Source: Patescibacteria group bacterium (GTDB lineage Bacteria > Patescibacteriota > Patescibacteriia > 2-01-FULL-39-33). Taken from it: DNA of 32,000 nucleotides. The notes under the pieces are model-generated. The model did not search any database. It had not been told where the DNA came from and worked only from the letters and a program-made list of their open reading frames with translations. The stretch spans positions 74,316-106,315 of the forward strand of contig JBAZRV010000005.1 in assembly GCA_041662745.1 (NCBI GenBank), in the 5' to 3' direction. Within the stretch, counting starts at the first letter, position 1. Each line of letters opens with the position of its first letter. This document shows, one piece after another, positions 24,133-32,000 of the stretch. Position numbers and translations under genes: made by a program.

Positions 24133-25920
24133 TTATTCGCCGATAAAGCCGCCGGCTTGCAAATTCCATAATTTGCCATAAATGCCACGGGGCTTTTTCA
24201 ATAAATCATCATGGCTGCCATCCTCAATGATCCGGCCATTATCAACCACGATAATGCGATCCATTTTACGGATAGTGGATAAGCGATGCGCAATAACAAT
24301 TACGGTTTTATTTTTCATCAATTTGCTTAAGGCGTCTTGAATGAACATCTCCGACTCCGAATCCAACGATGAAGTGGCTTCATCCATTACCAGTATTGAT
24401 GCATCTTTCAAGATGGCTCGGGCGATGGCAACGCGCTGGCGTTCGCCGCCAGACAATTTAATCCCGCGCTCCCCCACCAAGGTCTCATAGTTATGGGACA
24501 TCTTATTGATAAACTCGTGGCAATGCGCGGCTTTGGCCGCTTTTATCACCTCGGCGTCAGTCGCTTCCGGCCGGCCGTAGCGGATATTTTCCATAAGCGA
24601 ACGATGGAATAACATGGGCTCTTGGGGCACCAATGAAACGTTTTGCCACAAACTTTCCTGTGTTACGCGGGAAATGTCTTGGCCGTCAATAAAAACTTTG
24701 CCGCCGCCGACGTCATGCATGCGCAAGATTAATTTGGCGATTGTTGATTTGCCTGAACCGGACGGCCCGATTACCGCCAGTCGTTGATGCGCCGCTATAG
24801 ACAAATTAAAATCTTCAAGCACTCCGGCCCCGTCATGATAACCGAAAAATACGTGATCAAAAACAATCTCCCCCCTATCAACTTGCAATTTTTTGGCTTT
24901 GGGAATATCCGCTAACTCAGGCGGGGTAGCCAAGACGACAGTCATTTCCTCGGCGTCGGACAAACTTTCATAAATACGCCTGATATTATTGCCGAATTCC
25001 CAAATACGATCGGTAATGCTGTTAAAATACGACTGGACCAAGACAAAATCGCCGATAGTAAACTCGCCATGATACCACAAATAAACCGCATAAGCCAAGA
25101 TGCCGATCTGCAGGCCGTTTATCAAAAACCCCTGAACCGAATCAAATGCCGCGCCCAAATCCCAAGCCCAAACCTTGGCCCGACGCAGTTCTTCGTTGGC
25201 TTGAGCATAAGCCTTAACTTCACGCCGATAACCGTTGAATAATTTGACATTGGCGTTGTTAGTGATGGTATCGGCCAGAATACTGGTGCTTTTAGTGTCC
25301 AATTCCGCTCGCTTAATATCATACTTAAGCTTAAACTTGGTAAAAAACCAATTAATAGTCAAAAAAACCACCAGCCAGACAATAACCAACGCGCCCAACC
25401 AAACATTAACGCCGAACAAAACGGCGGTAATGAAAATAAGCATGACGACTAACGGAGCAAAACTCCAAATTATGCGATCGGCAATGCTTTCAAATGAGGC
25501 AACGAACCATTTGACTTTCTTGGTCAGCGAACCGACAAAATTACTGTTAAAATAATTAAAGGAGTTCTTATGCAAATATTCAAAACAAGAATTATTCAGC
25601 TCAGTGATAACCCGGGCCTCAAAATGATTGGCGGAAAAGACGTTAATTCGTTTCAATAGCCAGCGAACCAGAGAAATAACAGCGATAATAACGAGAATCC
25701 AAACAATACCGGGGAGGATATCCGCCTTGCCGGTCGGCAAAGTCAACAAATCAAATAACTGTTTATAATACAAGGGCGAAATAACCTCCAGAATGGTACC
25801 GCCGATAATGCCGCCAAGAGCCAAGGACATGGTCCAGGGATGTTTTTTGGAAGCCCGCCAATAATGACCTAAAGTTTTTTTAGTGTTATCTTTCATAAGA
25901 TATGAATAAATACGATCCAA
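24133..25920 (-). CDS. ABC exporter, fused permease and ATP-binding domains
   Basis: 595 aa; VIGPSGSGKSTIAKLILRM, GERGIKLSGGERQRVAIARAILKDASILVMDEATSSLD, IVIAHRLSTI; N-terminal six-TM region. Confidence 0.95.
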   Translation of the reverse strand: MDRIYSYLMKDNTKKTLGHYWRASKKHPWTMSLALGGIIGGTILEVISPLYYKQLFDLLTLPTGKADILPGIVWILVIIAVISLVRWLLKRINVFSANHFEARVITELNNSCFEYLHKNSFNYFNSNFVGSLTKKVKWFVASFESIADRIIWSFAPLVVMLIFITAVLFGVNVWLGALVIVWLVVFLTINWFFTKFKLKYDIKRAELDTKSTSILADTITNNANVKLFNGYRREVKAYAQANEELRRAKVWAWDLGAAFDSVQGFLINGLQIGILAYAVYLWYHGEFTIGDFVLVQSYFNSITDRIWEFGNNIRRIYESLSDAEEMTVVLATPPELADIPKAKKLQVDRGEIVFDHVFFGYHDGAGVLEDFNLSIAAHQRLAVIGPSGSGKSTIAKLILRMHDVGGGKVFIDGQDISRVTQESLWQNVSLVPQEPMLFHRSLMENIRYGRPEATDAEVIKAAKAAHCHEFINKMSHNYETLVGERGIKLSGGERQRVAIARAILKDASILVMDEATSSLDSESEMFIQDALSKLMKNKTVIVIAHRLSTIRKMDRIIVVDNGRIIEDGSHDDLLKKPRGIYGKLWNLQAGGFIGE

Positions 25921-25924
25921 ATAA

Positions 25925-25957
25925 AAAGAGACGCTGCCTCAATGCGCAACGTCTCCG
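25925..25957 (-). terminator. Terminator of the zinc-ribbon/coiled-coil gene
   Basis: Minus strand GAGACG...CGTCTC then TTTTTATTT. Confidence 0.65.
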
Positions 25958-25968
25958 ACATAGTCTGA

Positions 25969-26799
25969 TTAACGAGTAGAAGTTGCGGTATCGGATATGT
26001 TGGATATAACGGGGGAAGAGGCTGAGGCGCCATTAGGCATGCTTTCGGAAACAGCGGGAGAAATTATTTCGCCAATACCCTTAAGCGCTTGCAAATCAAT
26101 GGCCGCCAAACCCAGGAAATAGCGTTTGCCATCAACCGGCGAAACATACCAGGCGCCGGTCTTACCGCCGTCAAGCAAAAGTATCTTACCCTTGAAGTTA
26201 GCCGCGAATTTCAGATCAATTGGCTGTTTAATGCTGGCGTCCTCGCCGCTAGTGCCGGCCTGACCCAAGGGAATGCGCACCAAATCATTGGCACTAATGG
26301 CCACACCGCGATTTAAGATGGTATAAAAAGCGTCGGGATCAATATTGGCCAAAGCCGACTTGAAAGTATTATAGATCCTGACGGCTTCGTCCTTTTGCTG
26401 AATCAAATCCTGGACTTTCTGAGTCTGCAAAGCGATAGCGCTCTGGCTGGCATTAACATCCTCTTGCATTTTAGCCAAATCATTCAAGCTTTTAGTTAAT
26501 TGAGCGTCCTTGCTTGCCAGAGTCTGATTGACCGTCTCCAATTCTGTTTGCGATTGCCTTAGCGACGACTGCAACTGCACCGAAGCCGACAATAAAGCGG
26601 CATTATCGGTATAAATTTTGGCCGCATAAGCGGTCTCGGCAATAAATAAAACGATAATCACGCCATAAAAAAACCATCTTTGCCAGCGTCGGAATCTTAT
26701 TTCCTTGCCCACTTGGACCTGGGGCACCACCGGCGCACCGCAATTGGGGCAATTAGGCACATTATCCGGTATTTGGCGTTTGCAATTGAAACAAATCAT
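25969..26799 (-). CDS. Zinc-ribbon, single-TM, coiled-coil protein of unknown function
   Basis: 276 aa; MICFNCKRQIPDNVPNCPNCGAPV, TM (WFFYGVIIVLFIAETAYA), long coiled coil, C-terminal globular part. Confidence 0.75.
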   Translation of the reverse strand: MICFNCKRQIPDNVPNCPNCGAPVVPQVQVGKEIRFRRWQRWFFYGVIIVLFIAETAYAAKIYTDNAALLSASVQLQSSLRQSQTELETVNQTLASKDAQLTKSLNDLAKMQEDVNASQSAIALQTQKVQDLIQQKDEAVRIYNTFKSALANIDPDAFYTILNRGVAISANDLVRIPLGQAGTSGEDASIKQPIDLKFAANFKGKILLLDGGKTGAWYVSPVDGKRYFLGLAAIDLQALKGIGEIISPAVSESMPNGASASSPVISNISDTATSTR

Positions 26800-27002
26800 A
26801 AATATAATGTTTAAATTAATATAAGTACTTTAATTATAACATTTATTAAAAAATTAATAAAATTATAATCGCCATTATTTTTTATCATTTAGCATTAACT
26901 GTCAAAAAAGAAAAAACACTTTAAAACCATAATAGACAAACAAGTAAACCAAACATCACTTATCCCCAGAAGCGATGTTTTTTAATTTGGCCCGATTTAT
27001 GG

Positions 27003-27008
27003 TATAAT
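27003..27008 (+). promoter_or_regulatory. Extended -10 promoter element for giant surface-protein gene
   Basis: TGGTATAAT (TGn-TATAAT); no convincing -35. Confidence 0.5.
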
Positions 27009-27076
27009 ATAAGCAAACTAAATAAGATTCTCTCGTGATTAATTCCAAAAAGAAGAGCAAGGAAGAGAGTAAAAAT

Positions 27077-30000
27077 ATGCAGGGAGAGAAATCACTGCGT
27101 CGATTTTTTGGTTACGAATTATTGTTAATTAAGCGCCACGGCTTTGACGCCCTGCTTTTTGCTGTTTTTTTAATTCTCATCTGGGCTTCAATAAAAATTC
27201 TGGGTTTAAAAAGTATTTTTTTAGTTTTACTACTGTTAGCGGATATTGCCGTATATGTCTCCTATCGTTATTCCATCTCTATCCCCGGCATCGCCAAAAT
27301 TTCTGCTCACTATATAAGAATTTCCACTCAAAATTACAGCCAACTTAATTCACGTCATTTCCGCTTCAAATTGCTATATTATCTAACGCTGTTAATACAC
27401 GACATTGATTCCGGTTTCGGCCTGATCATAAACCAAGATCTGCCGTTAGGCATTGATTTCAATAAAAAAAACAGACTCAAAACAGAACCGGTTAAAGCTG
27501 AATATCTGAAAGAATCATTAAAGGCTCATCACTATAAAAAGAAAAAAGCAACTTTCGCCACCATAACTGCTTCACTCGTCATTACCGTTTTGATTCTATC
27601 CGTAGCGCTTTTAATCACGGGCAATGCCAAAGCCGCCACCTATGACTGGATCCAAACTTCCTGGAGCGGCGGAGCTGATACCGTAACCGTGGCCACCCAT
27701 CCCGACGACAAAACCGACTGGAACAAATATTATTCCAAGGACGGGGGTATTGAGGCCGGCTCTATCATGGCGCTATCTCTTTATGCTTCTACCAGTATTG
27801 ATACTCTAAGTGTTGATTTCAACGCCGGCACAGCGAGTAATACCTATATTTCCAGTACAGGTGCGGTTATTCTACTAAAAATAGAGAATGCTTCCTGTTC
27901 TATTGCTTCCGAATGTGCTAATGGTGCCTGTGTAGCAGGTCAATGCTATGCTTGTGGAACATCTACTGTCGCCTACGAAGGAGGTCCCTGGGACAGTGCC
28001 GGCACATCGACTTCCACGGATGGCTACTATCGTACCGTCGCCATAGGTGACCAATGCTGGTTTAAGGATAATCTTAATATTGGTACTGCCATCGGTTCCA
28101 AATTGGCTAATAATTCTACGCTTCAGAATCAAACAGATAATGAAGTTATTGAGAAATATTGCTACAGCTATATTCAACAAGGAAATGCCGGACAAATAAC
28201 TGCTGGCCTCGCCGATTGCGTCGTTTATGGCGGTTTATACCAATGGCCGGAAGCGGTCCAATACAACAATGGTGTGACACTTACAACTGGTGAAACTGTG
28301 ACCGACGGCAACATCCAGGGCATCTGCCCGACTGGTTGGCACATCCCCAGTGACACTGAATTCTCCGCTCTCTCAACTTACCTGGGTGGCGATAGTGCTA
28401 GTGGTGATAATTTGAAGGCTGTCACTACGTGGAATGCTCCAAATACCGGGGCAGATAATTCCTCTGGTTTTACCGCATTGGCGTCAGGCATCCGCTTTAC
28501 TACTGGATTATTCACTAATCGTGGCGAATACTCTTATTTTTGGGCCTCGTCGCCAAAAACCGCCACATTAACCTGGAGGCGTCTACTGTCGTATAATGGT
28601 GTTACATTTAGTCGCGATTCTAACCTTAGAACAATAGGATTTAGTGTCCGTTGTCTAAAAGATTCCGTGCCTGAAGCGCAGGTAGTCTCCAATTCTGGCA
28701 CCTTCACCTCAGCCGTCAAAAATTTAGACGGACTCAGTTCAGAGGTTACTCTTACTTGGTCAGCTTCCGTAACTCCGGGAACCAGCGCTGTTGTTCTGCA
28801 AGTTCGTTCCGGCTCCACGGATTCCCCCGTTTCCGATTCTGACCCGAATTGGACCGCTTGGACCGAAACCGCCAGCGGCGTTCCTTTGGCTGAAGCGCTT
28901 CTCGGCCGGCATTATTTGCAATATCGTGCTATTTTATCTTCTACTGATTTAAATAATTCTCCCAGTTTGGATGAGATTACCCTTGATTGGACCGCCTACC
29001 CTTCTTCGGCTTCGCTCATATCCTCTCCTTACGACTCGGGATCGGCAAGCAATATCATTCCTAAAATAACTTGGACGGCGACTAACACTTCTACGCTTAA
29101 TACGGTCAAATTCCAAATCAGATCAGCCGCTGCCACTTCCACTTTGAGTTCCGCCCCCTGGTGCGGTTTCGCCGATACGGGAGAGGCTTGCACGGGTGAT
29201 AATTATTTTGACTACGCCAAAAATGGGACTCAGATTACTGATTCCGAACATCCGTTAATATCCGGGGGCGATGACAGATACTTCCAATACCGGATAGAAC
29301 TGGCTTCAGGCGGCACTTCCACTCCGACAGTTTCTTCAGTTACTGTCACTTACGTGGTTAACGCCGCTCCCGAATTCACTACCACCACTTCTGTCAGCCA
29401 AAGATCTCCCGACGGCAAAGTCCAAATAAATTACTCCGCCCTGGATTCTGACACTGCTTCCTCGGGGGTTAGCTGCCCCGATTGCGTTATCGCCTCATTC
29501 CGCTATTCAATTGATGACGGCACATCCTGGACCAGTATTTCCGAACAATATTTATCTGCTCCGGAAGGGGCCGACGCCGGTTACGCCACCACCACTATCG
29601 GCACCGCAACCAGCACTTATTCCGTCCTTTGGGATGCTAAAAGCCAGATTAACGGCATCTATTCCACCACTACCAAAATAGAGATTACGCTTAATGACTT
29701 GGAAGGCGGAAATAACCTTGTTGTCACTACTACCGAGGCCTTTACTCTGGATGTGGCTAATCCCGACCTCGGCGCTAAACCGATAATAGTCAAAGCCAAC
29801 GGAGCCGTAATTAACGGCGCTACTGCTCAATTGACTCTTGATGCTTCCGATGACACTCTCGGCCTGCAGATGTGTCTGACTTTAGACAGCACTTATGCCA
29901 GTTGTAATTATACTGATTACGATACTGCCGGCGCTATCATTCTAACCGCCGATCCTAAACGCGTTTATGCTTCATTCAAAGACGCTTATGGCAATATTTC

Positions 30001-32000
30001 CACTGCCAGCGCTCTGACTCCTGAAACGCCCAATAACATAATTATCAAAGACGTTTCTGATGTTGAAGCCTCGGTTTATCAAGAATTCATCGTTTGGAAG
30101 GCCATAGCTTCCACTACTTTCAAATATTACCACGTGGAGCATTCAACTGACGGAGTGGCTTACGAAGAACTGGATCTTATAGATAATAGCAGTATTAATT
30201 TCTACTTTCATCAGGGATTAACCAATAATAGTTACCATTATTACCGGATTTATACGGAAAATACCAATGGCGATACTTCTTTTTATACTAATATTGTAAG
30301 TGACGCTACTGACGGCGTCGGCGGCACAAATCCCAACCCGCCTATTCTTACTAACGTGGAAGTTACCGCAACCACTACCCAATCGGCCACTATTGAATGG
30401 GACACCAATGAATTAGCCAACTCTTCAGTGCATTATTCCACTGATTTAAGTTTCAATATCACGGTCGGTTCGCTGAGCATGGCCCAAGATGCTACCCATA
30501 TCGGCCGGCATCAAGTAGTCCTGACCAATCTGACTCCGGGCCAATCCTATAATTTTACCGTGGAATCGGAAAATGCCCTGGGCATTTCCGGCGTCAACAC
30601 TAATGAAAGCTTGGGCTACCCTTTTGATACTATTTCCGGTCCGGTCATCAGCAACGTTACTGCCAATAATTTGACCAACAACAGCGCTACTATCGTCTGG
30701 AATACCAATCTAAGTTCGGATTCCGCCGTCTATTACACTACTTCATCAGAATTCACCGCCTTTGAAAATGCCGGGGTTAGCACTGTATTGACCAACCACG
30801 AAGTGACTATTAGCGGCCTTACTCGCGGCACTGTTTATTATTATTATGTCAAATCAGGCGTGGCCACTGACGACAATGCCGGTGTTTATTATAGCTTTAC
30901 CACGCCTTACGACAATGTTGCTCCAGTCATCAGCAACACCGCTGCCACTATTGTCATTGACACTCAAGCTCTGATTAATTGGACTACCAATGAACTCTCT
31001 GACTCCGAAGTGGTTTACGGCACTGAATCAAATAATTATACTCTTAATTCAACCGATGCTAATTTAGCTCTCAAGCACAGCATTGTCCTCCCGGATCTTG
31101 CCACTTCCACCACTTATTATTATAAAGTCATTTCCTCGGATGCCTCAAGCAATGAGGCATCTTCCACTGAAGAGTTATCTTTCACCACCTTAGAAACCTT
31201 GTCTCAAGAATCAGCGATATTGCTAAGGGAGGCGGCAGCCGAATTAAGCGGTGAAATTACCGGGGCCGCGAATGTCACTTGCGGCGGCGGAGGGGGCGGC
31301 GGTTCCATTGACCGCAGCAAACCGGTTATCAGTGACATAAAAATAAGCGAGGTTGAGGCTAACGGAGCCGTAATAAGTTGGAGCACTAATAAAGCGGGTA
31401 GCAGCATCGTGAGATATGGCACCGATAAGCACTACGGCAATGCCGTGGTCTATTATGACAATACAAAAAATCATAGCGTACCGTTAAAGAATCTTGATTC
31501 TTCAACGGAATATAATTATTTGGTGGATACCATTGATGGAAACGGCAACATTGGGACTTCCGTTGAAGCGTCCTTTGTCACTACTGATATTCTGGGATTA
31601 GCCGTTGACGCCAACGGCAATCCAGCCATAACAGTCAATGAAGCCGGCGTTAGCAGTAACAGCAACGATAACCTCTTCTCCGCCGCCATGGTCAAGGCCG
31701 CTTCCTACATCACGGCCATGGCCGGGAAGGTTTCGGTCAATACGTTGGAGAGCAATCTGACTTCCAATTATAATCTCATCCGCCAGCTGTCTTCCTCGGT
31801 CCCCGCTCCCCTGCTTTCCGGCGAACCTCGCGTCCTGACCACCGCCGATACGGCCACTGTCACCTGGAGCACAGACAAGGAGGCCAATTCCCTGGTGGCC
31901 TTGGCTCCGGAAGGCAAATATAATCCCTCTTCAGGCGATAACGCCTATGTTCAGACCGTGGGCAACCCCAACGAGGCCGTCACCAAGCATACGGTCCTGA
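27077..32000 (+). CDS. Giant surface/adhesin-like protein with FISUMP-type domain and Fn3-like repeats (continues past window)
   Basis: Open frame with codon starts congruent to 2 mod 3, checked at several points from 27542 to 31982. In-frame GTG at 27035 is an alternative start; no stop before the window edge. Contains TM helices, FISUMP motifs and repeated WxTNxxxxSxVxY units. Confidence 0.88.
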   Translation, partial: MQGEKSLRRFFGYELLLIKRHGFDALLFAVFLILIWASIKILGLKSIFLVLLLLADIAVYVSYRYSISIPGIAKISAHYIRISTQNYSQLNSRHFRFKLLYYLTLLIHDIDSGFGLIINQDLPLGIDFNKKNRLKTEPVKAEYLKESLKAHHYKKKKATFATITASLVITVLILSVALLITGNAKAATYDWIQTSWSGGADTVTVATHPDDKTDWNKYYSKDGGIEAGSIMALSLYASTSIDTLSVDFNAGTASNTYISSTGAVILLKIENASCSIASECANGACVAGQCYACGTSTVAYEGGPWDSAGTSTSTDGYYRTVAIGDQCWFKDNLNIGTAIGSKLANNSTLQNQTDNEVIEKYCYSYIQQGNAGQITAGLADCVVYGGLYQWPEAVQYNNGVTLTTGETVTDGNIQGICPTGWHIPSDTEFSALSTYLGGDSASGDNLKAVTTWNAPNTGADNSSGFTALASGIRFTTGLFTNRGEYSYFWASSPKTATLTWRRLLSYNGVTFSRDSNLRTIGFSVRCLKDSVPEAQVVSNSGTFTSAVKNLDGLSSEVTLTWSASVTPGTSAVVLQVRSGSTDSPVSDSDPNWTAWTETASGVPLAEALLGRHYLQYRAILSSTDLNNSPSLDEITLDWTAYPSSASLISSPYDSGSASNIIPKITWTATNTSTLNTVKFQIRSAAATSTLSSAPWCGFADTGEACTGDNYFDYAKNGTQITDSEHPLISGGDDRYFQYRIELASGGTSTPTVSSVTVTYVVNAAPEFTTTTSVSQRSPDGKVQINYSALDSDTASSGVSCPDCVIASFRYSIDDGTSWTSISEQYLSAPEGADAGYATTTIGTATSTYSVLWDAKSQINGIYSTTTKIEITLNDLEGGNNLVVTTTEAFTLDVANPDLGAKPIIVKANGAVINGATAQLTLDASDDTLGLQMCLTLDSTYASCNYTDYDTAGAIILTADPKRVYASFKDAYGNISTASALTPETPNNIIIKDVSDVEASVYQEFIVWKAIASTTFKYYHVEHSTDGVAYEELDLIDNSSINFYFHQGLTNNSYHYYRIYTENTNGDTSFYTNIVSDATDGVGGTNPNPPILTNVEVTATTTQSATIEWDTNELANSSVHYSTDLSFNITVGSLSMAQDATHIGRHQVVLTNLTPGQSYNFTVESENALGISGVNTNESLGYPFDTISGPVISNVTANNLTNNSATIVWNTNLSSDSAVYYTTSSEFTAFENAGVSTVLTNHEVTISGLTRGTVYYYYVKSGVATDDNAGVYYSFTTPYDNVAPVISNTAATIVIDTQALINWTTNELSDSEVVYGTESNNYTLNSTDANLALKHSIVLPDLATSTTYYYKVISSDASSNEASSTEELSFTTLETLSQESAILLREAAAELSGEITGAANVTCGGGGGGGSIDRSKPVISDIKISEVEANGAVISWSTNKAGSSIVRYGTDKHYGNAVVYYDNTKNHSVPLKNLDSSTEYNYLVDTIDGNGNIGTSVEASFVTTDILGLAVDANGNPAITVNEAGVSSNSNDNLFSAAMVKAASYITAMAGKVSVNTLESNLTSNYNLIRQLSSSVPAPLLSGEPRVLTTADTATVTWSTDKEANSLVALAPEGKYNPSSGDNAYVQTVGNPNEAVTKHTVL
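27955..28663 (+). other. FISUMP-type (Fibrobacter succinogenes major paralogous) domain inside the giant ORF
   Basis: GYYRTVAIGDQCWFKDNLNIGT ... YQWPEAV ... GICPTGWHIPSDTEFSALSTYLGG ... FTALASGIR...YFWASSP...GFSVRCLKD. Confidence 0.75.
30338..32000 (+). repeat. At least four to five Fn3-like protein repeats in the giant ORF
   Basis: Repeats starting near 30338, 30638, 30917, 31318 and 31802: P(V/I)(I/L)(S/T)N...A(T/L)I.W.TN...S.V.Y......H.V.L..L...T.Y.Y.V.S.D. Confidence 0.8.

Noticed and set aside
27875-31474. Minus-strand ORFs (27875-28195, 28534-28818, 29552-29830, 31204-31422, 31244-31474)
   Set aside because: They lie opposite the continuous giant plus-strand frame and read as repetitive low-complexity shadows.
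1-32000. CRISPR array, rRNA, transposase or insertion-sequence ends
   Set aside because: No regularly spaced direct repeats, no rRNA signatures and no transposase-like ORF seen anywhere in the window.

Overview
The 32 kb window has the gene content and style of a Patescibacteria/CPR-like genome; this taxonomic call is an inference from gene content. Left to right it contains: the 3' end of an unknown CDS; a type IV pilus block pilM-pilN-pilO plus an unknown membrane gene; an ISC Fe-S operon on the minus strand (Rrf2/IscR-like, IscU/NifU-N, Nfu, cysteine desulfurase); a two-gene exported cassette that includes a C39-like cysteine peptidase; a shortened uvrA; a Xer-type tyrosine recombinase; an island of tiny unknown plus-strand ORFs; cysS; a DUF192 protein; a WecA/MraY-family transferase; a zinc-ribbon membrane protein; ftsE/ftsX; an RlpA-like DPBB protein; tRNA-Gly(CCC) and tRNA-Thr(CGT); a membrane-anchored parvulin-type PPIase; ftsB; a P-type cation ATPase; an ABC exporter; a zinc-ribbon/coiled-coil membrane protein; and a giant surface protein ORF running off the right edge. 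The supplied ORF track omits that giant ORF because it has no in-window stop. The main leads are: (1) the >=1640 aa surface protein, with a three-TM N-terminus, a FISUMP-type domain and Fn3-like repeats; (2) a dif-like site (18/22 arm positions match E. coli dif as I recall it, with a 7-bp spacer) just upstream of the xer gene; (3) a UvrA with the insertion domain naturally missing; (4) a promoter-to-terminator unit of tiny uncharacterised ORFs at 11.38-12.76 kb; (5) compact terminator/promoter overlaps and a predicted leaderless mRNA.
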